Notes: generated by a model from the letters alone, not told the origin. Numbered from the stretch's first letter, positions 47,944-57,705 are shown. The stretch is DNA of 64,000 nucleotides from a virus (IMGVR_UViG_3300011962_000024:1-64000); one strand, 5' to 3'. Numbers and translations: made by a program.

Positions 47944-48318
47944 TCAGACCCTTTTGAGCATCATGATGCCGGACCGACGGGTCCAGGGCGCCAGCAGCGC
48001 CAGGGCGAACGACTCGCCGGCAGTGGTCTGCTTGGAACCCTTGGCGAAGGTCTTGGCCGTGGTGACCGGGCCGGCGGTTACGCTGGTGCTGACCACCTCC
48101 CGATCTTCTGCAGCGAAGATTCGCCCCGCTGCAGCCTCCTTTGCGATCTGCGCCCCGGCCAGCTTTATCTCGCTGGGCACCGGCTCGGGCACAGGTCGCG
48201 TTATCTTGGCCGTCAACCAGGCGTTGGCCATCGTGACGGCAAGGACTGCATCACCGGTACCGGCCCAGCCAGGACCAAGCAGGGCATCAACATCGGCAAC
48301 GGTGATGAAGTCGGTCAT
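47944..48318 (-). CDS. Head-tail connector protein
   Basis: FITVADVD...VGP pattern; synteny after the capsid gene. Confidence 0.7.
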   Translation of the reverse strand: MTDFITVADVDALLGPGWAGTGDAVLAVTMANAWLTAKITRPVPEPVPSEIKLAGAQIAKEAAAGRIFAAEDREVVSTSVTAGPVTTAKTFAKGSKQTTAGESFALALLAPWTRRSGIMMLKRV

Positions 48319-48321
48319 TGA

Positions 48322-48669
48322 TCAGTCCTCGGTGGTTTCCGGATCGGCCGCGCCGCCGGCGTTCGGCTCAGTTGCCGGGATCAGCTTCTGCAGGTCGGCC
48401 TTCTTCGCGCTGGCGTCGAATTCGATGCCCTGCTTGGTGAGCCATTCCTTCAGATCGGGCACGCCCATCTTGTGCGGATCGGTTTCGCCGCTGGACTCTG
48501 GCTTGGCCTTGCCGCCGACCTTGATTCCCGCTGCCTCGTAGGCCTCGGCCACGCCGGGAAACTTCCCGTCGACGACCACCTCCTTTGCGCTGCTGATGAC
48601 GCCGAGGAAGGCGGTGCGGTAGCAAACATCGCGGTCCTTGCCGGGCTTATCGGTGTAAATGACTTTCAT
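48322..48669 (-). CDS. Small head-associated protein with HeH/LEM-like C-terminus
   Basis: MKVIYT; DLKEWLTKQGIEFDASAKKADL. Confidence 0.65.
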   Translation of the reverse strand: MKVIYTDKPGKDRDVCYRTAFLGVISSAKEVVVDGKFPGVAEAYEAAGIKVGGKAKPESSGETDPHKMGVPDLKEWLTKQGIEFDASAKKADLQKLIPATEPNAGGAADPETTED

Positions 48670-48716
48670 GATTGTCTCCGCTGAGGAATGGGCGCCGGTG
48701 AAGGCGCCCTGGCTGG

Positions 48717-49697
48717 TTAGCCGCCGGCGGCGGTTCCGCTGATGACAGCTGCGAACGGCACCTGCTTGCGGTCGAATACCCGCTGCCAGTTGGCCGCGTT
48801 GGCGTACTGCGCAGCGGTCGGCGATGCGTTCTGCGCGGTGGCGCCCTTCCAGCTGAAGCCCGCCGGCTGCAGGATGTAGGTCTTGCGCTCCCACAGCACC
48901 TCGGCGCCGCCGCCATTACCACCGGACGGCTTGCGTTCCAGTTCCACCGGGTTGGTCGGCGAGCCCTCGCCATAGCCGAACGCGCCGGAGCCGAAGAACA
49001 CCGACAGGTACTGGCCCTCGGCGTACACCATGCCGTCATCCATGAACACCGGCTTGCCCAAGTAGGTGGCGAGGATGATGCGGCCATCGCTGTCGCGGAT
49101 GTACTCGATCATGTCGGCCTTGACCATCTGGTTCATGACGACCGAGTGCACACCGATCGCGCTGAACTGGTCGGCCGCGTCACCGGCGGTGAACGCAGCG
49201 TCCTGAAACGCGGTGGCCGCAATGGATGCGCCGGCGTCGATCACCATGTCGCCGCCATTGTTGGCGATGTTGGACGCGATGATGCCGCGCGCTGCGCCCA
49301 GCAGGTAGCGCTGCCACTGACGGGTCCAGTAGGTGCCGAAGCGGTTGCGGATGTGCTGCATCGGCTCGGTGTTGGCCAGCTCAGCGGTGAGGTCAGCGAC
49401 GCCGTAGCCCTTGTTCAGGTACAGGACGCGGGCATTCATGCTCGCCTGGCTGGCTTTGCCGACTTCGCCCAGGTCGTCCGGGTCATCGTTGGAGATGTTC
49501 GGCGCCTCGTCGGCGTCCAGGTCCTGCCAGTAGGCGATTTCGGCGGTGCCCTGGCTGCCGCTGGCGATGCCATCCAGCACCGGCGAACGGGTGACGATGC
49601 CGGAGTCGTAGACGGCGGTTTTTTCCGGGCTGTTTACCGGATCCAGTGTTGCGTAGTACTCGCCGACGAAGATGTCGGTCAGTTGAGTGGTGGCCAT
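48717..49697 (-). CDS. Major capsid protein
   Basis: 326 aa, between scaffold and neck genes. YWQDLD, NWQRVFDRKQVP. Confidence 0.85.
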   Translation of the reverse strand: MATTQLTDIFVGEYYATLDPVNSPEKTAVYDSGIVTRSPVLDGIASGSQGTAEIAYWQDLDADEAPNISNDDPDDLGEVGKASQASMNARVLYLNKGYGVADLTAELANTEPMQHIRNRFGTYWTRQWQRYLLGAARGIIASNIANNGGDMVIDAGASIAATAFQDAAFTAGDAADQFSAIGVHSVVMNQMVKADMIEYIRDSDGRIILATYLGKPVFMDDGMVYAEGQYLSVFFGSGAFGYGEGSPTNPVELERKPSGGNGGGAEVLWERKTYILQPAGFSWKGATAQNASPTAAQYANAANWQRVFDRKQVPFAAVISGTAAGG

Positions 49698-49700
49698 GAG

Positions 49701-50471
49701 TTATTGCCCTCGGGTTGCCATGAGTTTTTTGAATTCCTCGGGCTTCTCTCGGGCCAAGCGCGCACGCTCGACTTCGTTGAGATCGCCCCATTTTTTGGCA
49801 GCCTTGCCACCGTTGTCGCCGGTAGGTCCGGCACCCTGAGCCCTTGGCCAGAGGTGTGATGCGGTTTCCCGCAGCGATTCCGCCCATTCGAGCGGACTGA
49901 GCGGGGTCTTGCCGTCTTTGCCGTAGATGACCTGGCCATCTGCGTCGACAGCTACTGCCTCGCCGTTTTCGTTGAGTGTGAAGGTGCCCTTGGCGCGCAG
50001 GATGATGTCCTCGGATGCCTCGGGCAGCGCGCCGGCTTTGAGCGCGGCGCCGCGGATGGAATCAGCCAGCACCTTGTCGCTGAAGCGCTTGGCGAAGGAC
50101 TCGGCCTTGTCGGCCCGCTCCTTCTCGGCCTGCAGCTGCCTGTCCAGATCGGCGCGCAGGCGCTCGGTGCGCTTGCTGATCACCTCGTCGAGCTTGCCCT
50201 CGGCCAGCAGGCGGGTTTCCTCGTCCTGGCTGGCCTTCTGGAGCAGCGACTTGACCGCGCCAATGTCCAGGCCTTCGAACTGGCCCTTGAACTGGTCCAG
50301 ATCGGTTTTCAGGGTCTTGTTGGCACCCAGCAGCTCTTGGTTCTTGCTCTTGAGGCCAGCGACCTCGGTGTCCAGGTACTGCTGCACCTTCCCGCCCAGC
50401 GCCTCCTTGAGGGCTTTGGCTTGGGTTTCATCGAGCTGCAGGCCGAGTTCGGCAGGGTCAAAGTCAAACAT
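49701..50471 (-). CDS. Capsid scaffolding protein
   Basis: Coiled-coil, GLKSKNQELL, C-terminal GAG..G; precedes the capsid gene. Confidence 0.75.
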   Translation of the reverse strand: MFDFDPAELGLQLDETQAKALKEALGGKVQQYLDTEVAGLKSKNQELLGANKTLKTDLDQFKGQFEGLDIGAVKSLLQKASQDEETRLLAEGKLDEVISKRTERLRADLDRQLQAEKERADKAESFAKRFSDKVLADSIRGAALKAGALPEASEDIILRAKGTFTLNENGEAVAVDADGQVIYGKDGKTPLSPLEWAESLRETASHLWPRAQGAGPTGDNGGKAAKKWGDLNEVERARLAREKPEEFKKLMATRGQ

Positions 50472-50595
50472 TGGTGGTTCCCCTCGGGATTGGAGCGGCC
50501 TGGCCGCGCTGTGGCCGGATGGCCAGAAATGAAAAAGCCCCGACCGAAGTCAGGGCTCTAGAAATGGAAAACCCGGCGCTGGGCCGGGTCTTTGG

Positions 50596-50796
50596 TTATC
50601 TGGTTTTGATGATCAGCGGAATGGGATTGCCCATCACCTGGATGAATGCCTCATCCTCGTGCAGTTCTGGCTCGCAAACAGGGCCTCCAAGTGGCTTCCC
50701 GGCCAGATCGCGCGCCTGGGTCTTATACGCAACAGGCCTGCGGATTACGTCGCCGCCAGGCATACGCACAAGCATGGTTTCTTCGCCTTCACTCAT
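50596..50796 (-). CDS. Hypothetical phage protein
   Basis: 66-aa ORF coupled to the upstream gene; followed by two hairpins. Confidence 0.45.
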   Translation of the reverse strand: MSEGEETMLVRMPGGDVIRRPVAYKTQARDLAGKPLGGPVCEPELHEDEAFIQVMGNPIPLIIKTR

Positions 50797-51041
50797 GCCA
50801 TCACCACTCTTTCACCCCTCATGAAGCAATGCCCACACAGATACTGCTTCGTCCCGCCCTGCGGCTTGCCATTCTTGTAGATCATGCCGACCTTCGTCTC
50901 GATGATCTCCCCGCCGCCGCACCGGTGACAGCGGAACGGATGCGCGGCGGCAGGATTGGCCTTGCGCGCCTGCTTGAGCTTGGCGGTGTTCGTCTGCTCC
51001 TGGGAGCCTTCGATCACATGGAATGGGTGCTTGGTAGTCAT
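50793..51041 (-). CDS. Small zinc-ribbon phage protein
   Basis: CHRCGG...LCGHCF. Confidence 0.65.
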   Translation of the reverse strand: MTTKHPFHVIEGSQEQTNTAKLKQARKANPAAAHPFRCHRCGGGEIIETKVGMIYKNGKPQGGTKQYLCGHCFMRGERVVMA

Positions 51042-51048
51042 GACGCCA

Positions 51049-52134
51049 TCATAGCCCCGCTTTCTCGAAAGCGTCAGCGTCTCGCCTCCTCAATTCGTCG
51101 AGCGTGTAGACCTTGCCGCGCGAATCGGTGAAGCGGTCCACCGTCAGCCCACCGTTGCGGAACAGCTTGCCGCGCTCCGCTCCAAGCACCTCGTCCTGGA
51201 ACGCCGCCGGCTTGCTCTTCAGCCATTGGCCATAGCTGATGTCAGCCGCCAGCTGGCCGTCCATGCTCGCCTGCGTGCCCGGGTCGATCTCGGACTTACT
51301 TAGGCCAAGCGCTTCCCAGGCCGAGGCCAGCACCGGAACCGACGTGCTTCTGCAGCCCCAATGCCGCGGCGGCTGAGGCCCGGTACCGATCTTGAACTTC
51401 TTACCCGAGAGCGATGCGCAGGTGAGCGTGGTTCGCCCGTCCAGAGTGGCCAGAAACTGCCATTCTTGGATCAGGTCCGCGTTCGCCTCGAATGTGGCCT
51501 GGCGCGCGTAGTTGGCCGTGTGGTTCACCGCCGTACGCACCAGAGCCTCGGCGCCGCGCCGGTCGATCGCCAGCAGGCCGTCGGCGTACTTAAGCGCCCT
51601 GGTGCCGCGTAGCCGGCGAACCATTTGACCGATCGTTTCGCCCTCGACGAAGCCCATCCGGATTGCATCGCGGATTCGCTCAGCTCGCGCCGCCTCGATG
51701 TCCTTCAGCGCCTCCCGTAGCAGCTTGCCCTGGAATGGCCTGGCCATTGCCGCGGCGTGTACCTGCGAAGCGGACACCGCACTGACAGTCAGTTGCTCAG
51801 CAACCGCCGCCGGCAGAACCGCCTGGATGGCCCGGTGCTGATAGCTCGCCTCATACCCGGCCAGTTCCAGCAGGGCCTGGTCCAGCTCTTCGCCGGCCGC
51901 GCGGTACGCCTGGGCATTGAGCTGCTGGACCTGCACCAGCATCTGGTCCAGCCGCTGCACAGTAAACGACTCGGGCGGCAGGCGCTCCAGCGCTTCGGTC
52001 AGCCTGGCGAACAGGTCATTGTCCACTCGGTTGAGCAGCGCTATGAAGCGCCGCACCACCCCGCCGCCGTACCGTTGCAGGTATATCTGGTGGCCGATGG
52101 CGAGGTCGGCCAGCTTTTCGTTGGCCGTTGGCAT
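51049..52134 (-). CDS. Minor head protein (Mu F / SPP1 gp7-like)
   Basis: ATLDGRTT..C..L.G, PPRHWGCRS. Confidence 0.85.
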   Translation of the reverse strand: MPTANEKLADLAIGHQIYLQRYGGGVVRRFIALLNRVDNDLFARLTEALERLPPESFTVQRLDQMLVQVQQLNAQAYRAAGEELDQALLELAGYEASYQHRAIQAVLPAAVAEQLTVSAVSASQVHAAAMARPFQGKLLREALKDIEAARAERIRDAIRMGFVEGETIGQMVRRLRGTRALKYADGLLAIDRRGAEALVRTAVNHTANYARQATFEANADLIQEWQFLATLDGRTTLTCASLSGKKFKIGTGPQPPRHWGCRSTSVPVLASAWEALGLSKSEIDPGTQASMDGQLAADISYGQWLKSKPAAFQDEVLGAERGKLFRNGGLTVDRFTDSRGKVYTLDELRRRDADAFEKAGL

Positions 52135-53505
52135 TTACATCCCCCCAAGGTCCGGGCCCTGCTCCTGAATCAGCCCTAGCTCGGTCTGCCAATCGCGCTC
52201 GGGCAGCTTTCCGGTCGTGAGGTAGAGCCAGAACGAGTCATGGCTGACGATGCCGGCCTGCGCCGCAGTCAGCAGCTGGGCGGCGAGCTGAGGATCAACG
52301 CCCACCGACGTAAAGTCCGGCTTGACGGTGAATGACACTTCTTTTTCATCGAAGCCAAGCCAGTCGGCGATGTAGCGCAGGCCCTGCTCGAGCCCTTCGG
52401 CCGCGGTGATAACCATACTGTGCAGCGTGGCGTGCTGGTCGTTCTGCCGGGCCTTGCGTGCCTCTCCCGACTCGGTGCCGCCGATATCCATGACCTTGGC
52501 ACCGGCCTCGAGCGCTGCATTGCGCTGATCATCCATCGCCTGGCGGACGGCCTCGATGCCGGCGCCCTGAAATTCCAGATAGCCGCATGAACCATTCGGG
52601 CCAAGATCCCAGGCAGCGGACGGGCCGGTGACCGAAAGGTCAACGTTTTCATCCAGCCCTGAGACCCACGGCTGCGGGTGGCTGGTTTGGTGCAACGCGG
52701 TGAAATAGTCAGCGCTCAGCTGGTAGGACTTGAGTGCTGCCCGCGCCATGCTCAGCAGTGGCACTTCATCCACGTCCGGGCCGTTGTCGGTCGAGCCGCA
52801 ATAGACGACCGGGATGTACTCAAGCCCCTTGACCAGGCGCTGATCTGCGCCGGTGGTGCCCAGCGCCGTCTCGCCGTCCACTACCTCGCCCGCATCGTTC
52901 CAGACCGAGCTGTAGCAGACCCCGTCGCGCATCGCGAAGACGCGGTACACCGGCTCGCATTCATGGCTGAACTCGTCGTTGCCCGCCTTCTCCCGAAACT
53001 CGCGGAACACAGCGAGCACCAAGTCCTGGCGGCCGCTCTGGCTGGCTGTTTTCCAGTTGATCGCGTTGACTGCGGCATAGGTCGAGAAGTACGGCAGGCC
53101 GTTGTCGTCGATGTTGGCCACCAGCGGGATGCGGCCATGCGAAATGATCTGCCGCACCAGGCGGAAAAACAGCTGCTTGAGGCCGAAGCCGTCAGCGGTG
53201 GCGTTGTCCAGCAGCCCTTTCATGCCCGCCGGCAGCTCGATTTCGGGCTGCAGACGCGTTACCAGGCCCATCATCGAGCGCAGGCTATCGCGCACCCAGT
53301 GTTCGTACTGAGCCCGGTCCCGGTAGTTGTCGTACAGATAGCGGTTGCCGGCGGCGTCCTGCTTCTCGGCTTCGACCATGCCGCTCGGCTTGGGCAGGTT
53401 GGCGGTGTTGGCCTTGACGGCCTCCTCGCCTTCCAGCGCGGCGTCCATTAGCTGCCACTCGGGCAGGTGCCGGTCGTAGTCGGGGTTGGTGGATTGAACC
53501 GGCAT
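52135..53505 (-). CDS. Portal protein (DUF4055-like)
   Basis: Follows TerL. Y..Y..RA, PLL..A..L..YQ.SADY...LH....PQP. Confidence 0.85.
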   Translation of the reverse strand: MPVQSTNPDYDRHLPEWQLMDAALEGEEAVKANTANLPKPSGMVEAEKQDAAGNRYLYDNYRDRAQYEHWVRDSLRSMMGLVTRLQPEIELPAGMKGLLDNATADGFGLKQLFFRLVRQIISHGRIPLVANIDDNGLPYFSTYAAVNAINWKTASQSGRQDLVLAVFREFREKAGNDEFSHECEPVYRVFAMRDGVCYSSVWNDAGEVVDGETALGTTGADQRLVKGLEYIPVVYCGSTDNGPDVDEVPLLSMARAALKSYQLSADYFTALHQTSHPQPWVSGLDENVDLSVTGPSAAWDLGPNGSCGYLEFQGAGIEAVRQAMDDQRNAALEAGAKVMDIGGTESGEARKARQNDQHATLHSMVITAAEGLEQGLRYIADWLGFDEKEVSFTVKPDFTSVGVDPQLAAQLLTAAQAGIVSHDSFWLYLTTGKLPERDWQTELGLIQEQGPDLGGM

Positions 53506-54806
53506 TATGAGAGTCCTCGGATACGGCGGGTGCCGGCAGTGCGTTTGATGATCGGGAATTCTTTGTGGATGAAGTAGCCGCCCGCATCCGGCCGGTGGTC
53601 GTTGCCCTGGCTCTTGTCCGGCTCCCCATTCGAGCCCCACACCTGCTGCTCTAGGTCGTCGGCATAGGTCGGGCAGCGGTCGGCGTTCACGCGATACCGC
53701 CGCTCACCTGCTGCGTTGCAGAACATGGCGTTCATGGAGTTGATGCGATCCTTCACAGGCGGGTTTGCCGACGGCGCCGACACGATGAAACCTGCTTGCT
53801 TCAGCAGCGCGATGTCGGTCTCGCTGGCGTTCACCGACTTCCTGGAATCACCAGAGGCGTCCGGGTAAACCCTGATTTCGCGGGTCTTGCTGTACTCTCC
53901 ATCGGCATACAGCCAAAACCGCTCCTTGAGCTGGCGAATCATGTCGGGGGTGTCGTACGCGTCGATCACCTCATCCACCGCGTGGGGCATACCCAGGCGT
54001 TTGACGTGGACGATTGCTGCCATGTGCCCGACGTTGAAGTCCATCCCCACGAATATTGGCTCACCAGGCTCCACCACCTCACTGCTACCGTTGAGCTTGC
54101 GGTCGTAGGCTGTGTAGATCGACCCGGACGTCAAATTCACGAACTGGCCGTTCAGATAGGCCATGATCAGCTGTTCGGGGTATGAATCCATCAGGGACGG
54201 GATGTAGTCGTCTGGCAGATTCAACTCATTGTCGAAGGTGCTCGCCTGGACCAGGCCGTACATCCCATTGAGCGCTGGCTTCTCGCGCAGCTGCTTCACA
54301 AACTGCTGATGTACGAACTTGAAGCCCTCTGGCGTCGTGGTGACGTCTACGCCGTTTTTGAGGCCGTCCACCTTGTACCGCATCCGGGCGATGATCTTGC
54401 GCCAGGCCTGCTGAGCTTTCGCTGCCGGCAGAACATCCAGCTCATCGACAAGGGCATGCCCGATCTTGAAGCCAACAATGGTCTGCGGCTTCTCCATGGA
54501 GCGGCAGATGGTTGTGCTGCGATATTGACCGCCGCTGTAGAACTCGACCTCCTTATCGCTTTCCTTGGTCTTGACCCGAAGGCCCCAGTCGAAAGCCACC
54601 TCTTCAATGGTCGGGAAGAAGATGTCGCGGATCTGCGGATAGGTCGGCGCAAAGTAGCCGGAATTGATGCGAGGCCATTCCCACACGTGCTTGCAGATTC
54701 CAGCGCACCCTACCCAGGTCTTGCCGCTGCCGAAGCCAGCGACGAACCCGCGGAATTTGTGTTGCATCTGGAGGAAGCGCGCCTGCGGGACGTTAAGCGT
54801 CGGCAT
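53505..54806 (-). CDS. Terminase large subunit
   Basis: AGFGSGKT Walker A, VDELD, TTTPEG, GMDFNV nuclease motif, DH..DA.GY. Confidence 0.93.
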   Translation of the reverse strand: MPTLNVPQARFLQMQHKFRGFVAGFGSGKTWVGCAGICKHVWEWPRINSGYFAPTYPQIRDIFFPTIEEVAFDWGLRVKTKESDKEVEFYSGGQYRSTTICRSMEKPQTIVGFKIGHALVDELDVLPAAKAQQAWRKIIARMRYKVDGLKNGVDVTTTPEGFKFVHQQFVKQLREKPALNGMYGLVQASTFDNELNLPDDYIPSLMDSYPEQLIMAYLNGQFVNLTSGSIYTAYDRKLNGSSEVVEPGEPIFVGMDFNVGHMAAIVHVKRLGMPHAVDEVIDAYDTPDMIRQLKERFWLYADGEYSKTREIRVYPDASGDSRKSVNASETDIALLKQAGFIVSAPSANPPVKDRINSMNAMFCNAAGERRYRVNADRCPTYADDLEQQVWGSNGEPDKSQGNDHRPDAGGYFIHKEFPIIKRTAGTRRIRGLS

Positions 54807-55272
54807 CAGACTTTCTCGCATCCACAACGGTCACGGTCACGCTCGAAGGCGCAACATCGCCAGGCCCCGCCTCAACCTTAGGCTGGCGATTCACATAGAC
54901 GTCCCCGCACTCCTTCGCCGCCTGCTCCAGCAGCTGAGCCGTCAGCGCCATGTTCTTCATGTTCTCGGCCTTCTCGGCCATTCGCCCCAGAGCTCGCAGT
55001 CGGTATGCGCGATTGGCGATCGGAATCTCGGCAGTTTCTTCGCGGAAGCGCTTGCGGGTGTCATGGAAGAGGTCGGCCCACTTCTTGGCCAGCCTCTGCC
55101 CGGCGTACTTGCTAGGGTCGTGCGACTCGACCTGCTGCCGCGTAATCGTGATGCCGAACTCGGTCTTGACCGCTTCAGCTACCTGCGATGGCGTGTCGAA
55201 ACAGGCCAGCGCCTGAACGATGTACGCTTTGACCTCGCTTCGAAGCACTGCCATAGAGATGCCATCCGTCAA
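54793..55272 (-). CDS. Terminase small subunit (DUF2280-like)
   Basis: IVQALACFDTPSQVA, HDPSKYAG, IPIANRAYRL. Confidence 0.85.
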   Translation of the reverse strand: MTDGISMAVLRSEVKAYIVQALACFDTPSQVAEAVKTEFGITITRQQVESHDPSKYAGQRLAKKWADLFHDTRKRFREETAEIPIANRAYRLRALGRMAEKAENMKNMALTAQLLEQAAKECGDVYVNRQPKVEAGPGDVAPSSVTVTVVDARKSDADA

Positions 55273-55286
55273 ATCCTGTCACTGAA

Positions 55287-55916
55287 TCAGGCCGACTTGA
55301 GCAGACAGGTTCCGCAGGCCCTCGAAATGTTGATCCTTGCCACCTCGGGCGGCTGGTTTGCTGCGTCGATCAGCTCTTGCACGCCTTGGCTTGCCCCATA
55401 CCGGCGAACCACGCCGACAAATTCCTCGACGTCATGGCCGCGCACCTCCAGCTTCGGGAGGCCTTCTTGGGTGAACTTGGGTGCGCCGAAGGCATCCTTC
55501 GCCTGGGCTATGTGATACAGCTCGTGTTCGACAAGAGCGCAGAATTCCGCGTCGCTGCATTGCGAGCAGTAGTCCGCCGCCAGGGTGATGAGGTACGCCG
55601 GCACTCGCCCGAACCAGTTCATCATCTGCTGCTCTTGCCGGGCCTTCTGCCATCCACCGGCGCGGAACATGACCTGCTCGGCCTGGCCTATGACTACGCG
55701 CCCCTTCTTGGCAAAGGAAGCCGATGCCCATAGGACGCCAATGTCGGCGTCGATCAGATGCGCATGGTCAGGGTTATGGATGCTGCCGGTGTCGGCGAGT
55801 ATCTGATCGCTGATCCACCCCCACACCTCGGGCGCTGGACGCAGGATGATTCCGAACTCGCCCACCTCAACCAGATCAGCGTGTGGCATGGGCCGGATGG
55901 TCATGTGCCACCTCAA
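55287..55916 (-). CDS. Putative phage metallopeptidase
   Basis: LVEHELYHI (HExxH), GHDVEEFVGVV.RYG. Confidence 0.8.
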   Translation of the reverse strand: MRWHMTIRPMPHADLVEVGEFGIILRPAPEVWGWISDQILADTGSIHNPDHAHLIDADIGVLWASASFAKKGRVVIGQAEQVMFRAGGWQKARQEQQMMNWFGRVPAYLITLAADYCSQCSDAEFCALVEHELYHIAQAKDAFGAPKFTQEGLPKLEVRGHDVEEFVGVVRRYGASQGVQELIDAANQPPEVARINISRACGTCLLKSA

Positions 55917-55991
55917 ATGTCAACGTAACCCTTGAAACGCAGGCAACAAAAAAGCCCGCTTGGATAGCGGGCCAATCAGCAAAGAGACGGT

Positions 55992-56438
55992 TTACCCTTT
56001 TGCTATCGAGTACGAAATCGAGCGCAGTATTTCATATACAGATTCATCGCTAGACGGCCCGAAGGCAAATTCGTTCTCGGTGTCACTTCCTGCGAAAACG
56101 CCCTTCTCATTAACAGTCAGAGCCCAAACTGGATGCCACTCTGTCTGGTCGAGCCGGTTGCAAACAGCTTTTTCGATATGCACGATCGCTTGATGGCCGG
56201 TATCGCCGATCGATAACTCCGTTCTCCCTCGCCCGTTTCCATACGGCGTTTGGATCGAATAGAACCCATCGGGTTGCGCTTCAATATGCAAGCCAAGCAA
56301 CTCGGGAATGAAATCTACCGAGGCAAAAGTAACGACCTGCTTCATTATTATTTCAGCGCGGCGCTTCAACTTTCCTGTCGCGCTGACAGCTTCGACGACT
56401 TGTTCCAGCCTCTCTTGCCGGATCCTTGTGAATGACAT
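55992..56438 (-). CDS. Moron: AT-rich hypothetical protein
   Basis: GGAGAG RBS before ATG 56438; own terminator at about 55946-55973. Confidence 0.55.
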   Translation of the reverse strand: MSFTRIRQERLEQVVEAVSATGKLKRRAEIIMKQVVTFASVDFIPELLGLHIEAQPDGFYSIQTPYGNGRGRTELSIGDTGHQAIVHIEKAVCNRLDQTEWHPVWALTVNEKGVFAGSDTENEFAFGPSSDESVYEILRSISYSIAKG

Positions 56439-56517
56439 ATTGGCTCTCCGTTGGCAGAAGGACGCAGTATGCGTCCCGACGCGGAGCCACCACAACGCCG
56501 CCACTTCTTTTTCCGCG

Positions 56518-56754
56518 TCACAAGCGCACCCGATCTACACCGGGACTACTCTTAAGTAGCTGCCGCAAGCGTGCAGCTAAACCCGCTTTCAAAGGGAGAC
56601 TCCCTCCATCCACTCCAAGCAAGCCGCGCTTGATATCGGCCCAGATCACGCGCTGGATCTCGTTGCCGTTGACGAATACGCGCCGCACACCGCGACCATC
56701 GTTCCAGTGATGGAAGTGCTCGATCATCCCCTCCTCCGCTCTCGCCCGTCCCAC
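56518..56754 (-). CDS. Hypothetical phage protein
   Basis: Short ORF coupled to the holin-like gene. Confidence 0.4.
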   Translation of the reverse strand: MGRARAEEGMIEHFHHWNDGRGVRRVFVNGNEIQRVIWADIKRGLLGVDGGSLPLKAGLAARLRQLLKSSPGVDRVRL

Positions 56755-57032
56755 CCATAGGGATGGCGCAGCACCTTGGAGAGATTGCCCCCGCAGCGCA
56801 TCAACGAGGCCGTGAGCACGGCCAGCAGCAGGACCATGGGCCAGGCCTTGATCGGGACCACAAGCTCGCCGGCGAGGATGTAGATCACCGTCGCGCCACA
56901 GCAGGCCATGATCAGGGCGGCCATGATCGAGACGTCGCGGCGGAACTGGGAGCTGCCTCGGCGGTAGGTGAACATCCGGACGAACATCAGCAGGCTCAGG
57001 GCGAGGGTTGCGTAGGTCAGGGACTTATCCAT
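56724..57032 (-). CDS. Holin-family membrane protein
   Basis: Three TM segments, FTYRRG, GGNLSKV. Confidence 0.75.
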   Translation of the reverse strand: MDKSLTYATLALSLLMFVRMFTYRRGSSQFRRDVSIMAALIMACCGATVIYILAGELVVPIKAWPMVLLLAVLTASLMRCGGNLSKVLRHPYGWDGRERRRG

Positions 57033-57384
57033 CGATACCACCGTTCGGCGACGAGGATTGGCGCCGCCTCTTGAGTGCTGCCAGGGATACGGTCACCACC
57101 ATCAGGGATGCGCCGAAGGCAGCAGAGGCCGGCAGCGCGAAGGGGTTGATCCCCCATAGCTCGATCCCGGTGATCGCGGGAGCCAGCAGATAGCCCATGA
57201 CGAACGAAATCAGGAAATAGGCCAGCCTCTCGGGCAGGTGCAGTTCCTTGGCGCTGATGAAGTAGATCAACGACCCGCATAGCGATCCAACAGCTGCAGC
57301 GCTGTCCACGCCAGCCAGTAGGCCTGCTATACCCGCGCCCGCCATTCCGGCAGCTAGCACGCCGGTTGATGTTGGCTCGGCCAT
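57025..57384 (-). CDS. Putative holin
   Basis: MAEPTST..., multiple TM segments, GGAG RBS. First gene of the late operon. Confidence 0.75.
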   Translation of the reverse strand: MAEPTSTGVLAAGMAGAGIAGLLAGVDSAAAVGSLCGSLIYFISAKELHLPERLAYFLISFVMGYLLAPAITGIELWGINPFALPASAAFGASLMVVTVSLAALKRRRQSSSPNGGIDG

Positions 57385-57525
57385 TCGGGGGACTCCAGGA
57401 ATAAAACGCCCGGGGAGGTCGGGCAAAATAATCAGGCTCCTCGATGTGCGTCAGTCCGCTCGGAGCTGGGAAGAAGACACGGGAGCCAGAAACGACAAAG
57501 CCCAGCGCTTGGCCGGGCCCAAAAA

Positions 57526-57601
57526 TGGATGCGAGGGCCGGATTCGAACCGGCGACCTTCGGGATATGAGCCCGACGAGCTGACCACTGCTCCACCACGC
57601 A
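57526..57601 (-). tRNA. Prophage tRNA-Met(CAT) of initiator type
   Basis: 76-nt cloverleaf: TGCGTGG TG GAGC AGTGGTCA GCTC G TCGGG CTCATAT CCCGA AGGTC GCCGG TTCGAAT CCGGC CCTCGCA T CCA. Confidence 0.9.
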
Positions 57602-57705
57602 TAAACGAAAAACCCCGACACGATGGCCGGGGTTCTTTTGGGTCACTCCTACACGTGCGCAGGAATGACAGGATGGGGAAATATTCGGCATTCCGGCAAC
57701 GGAAG

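Noticed and set aside
57526-57601. tRNA-Ile2 (lysidine) assignment for the CAT tRNA
   Set aside because: The body matches initiator tRNA-fMet (TCGGG/CCCGA anticodon stem, GGAGCAG D arm), not Ile2. A formal isotype model was not run.
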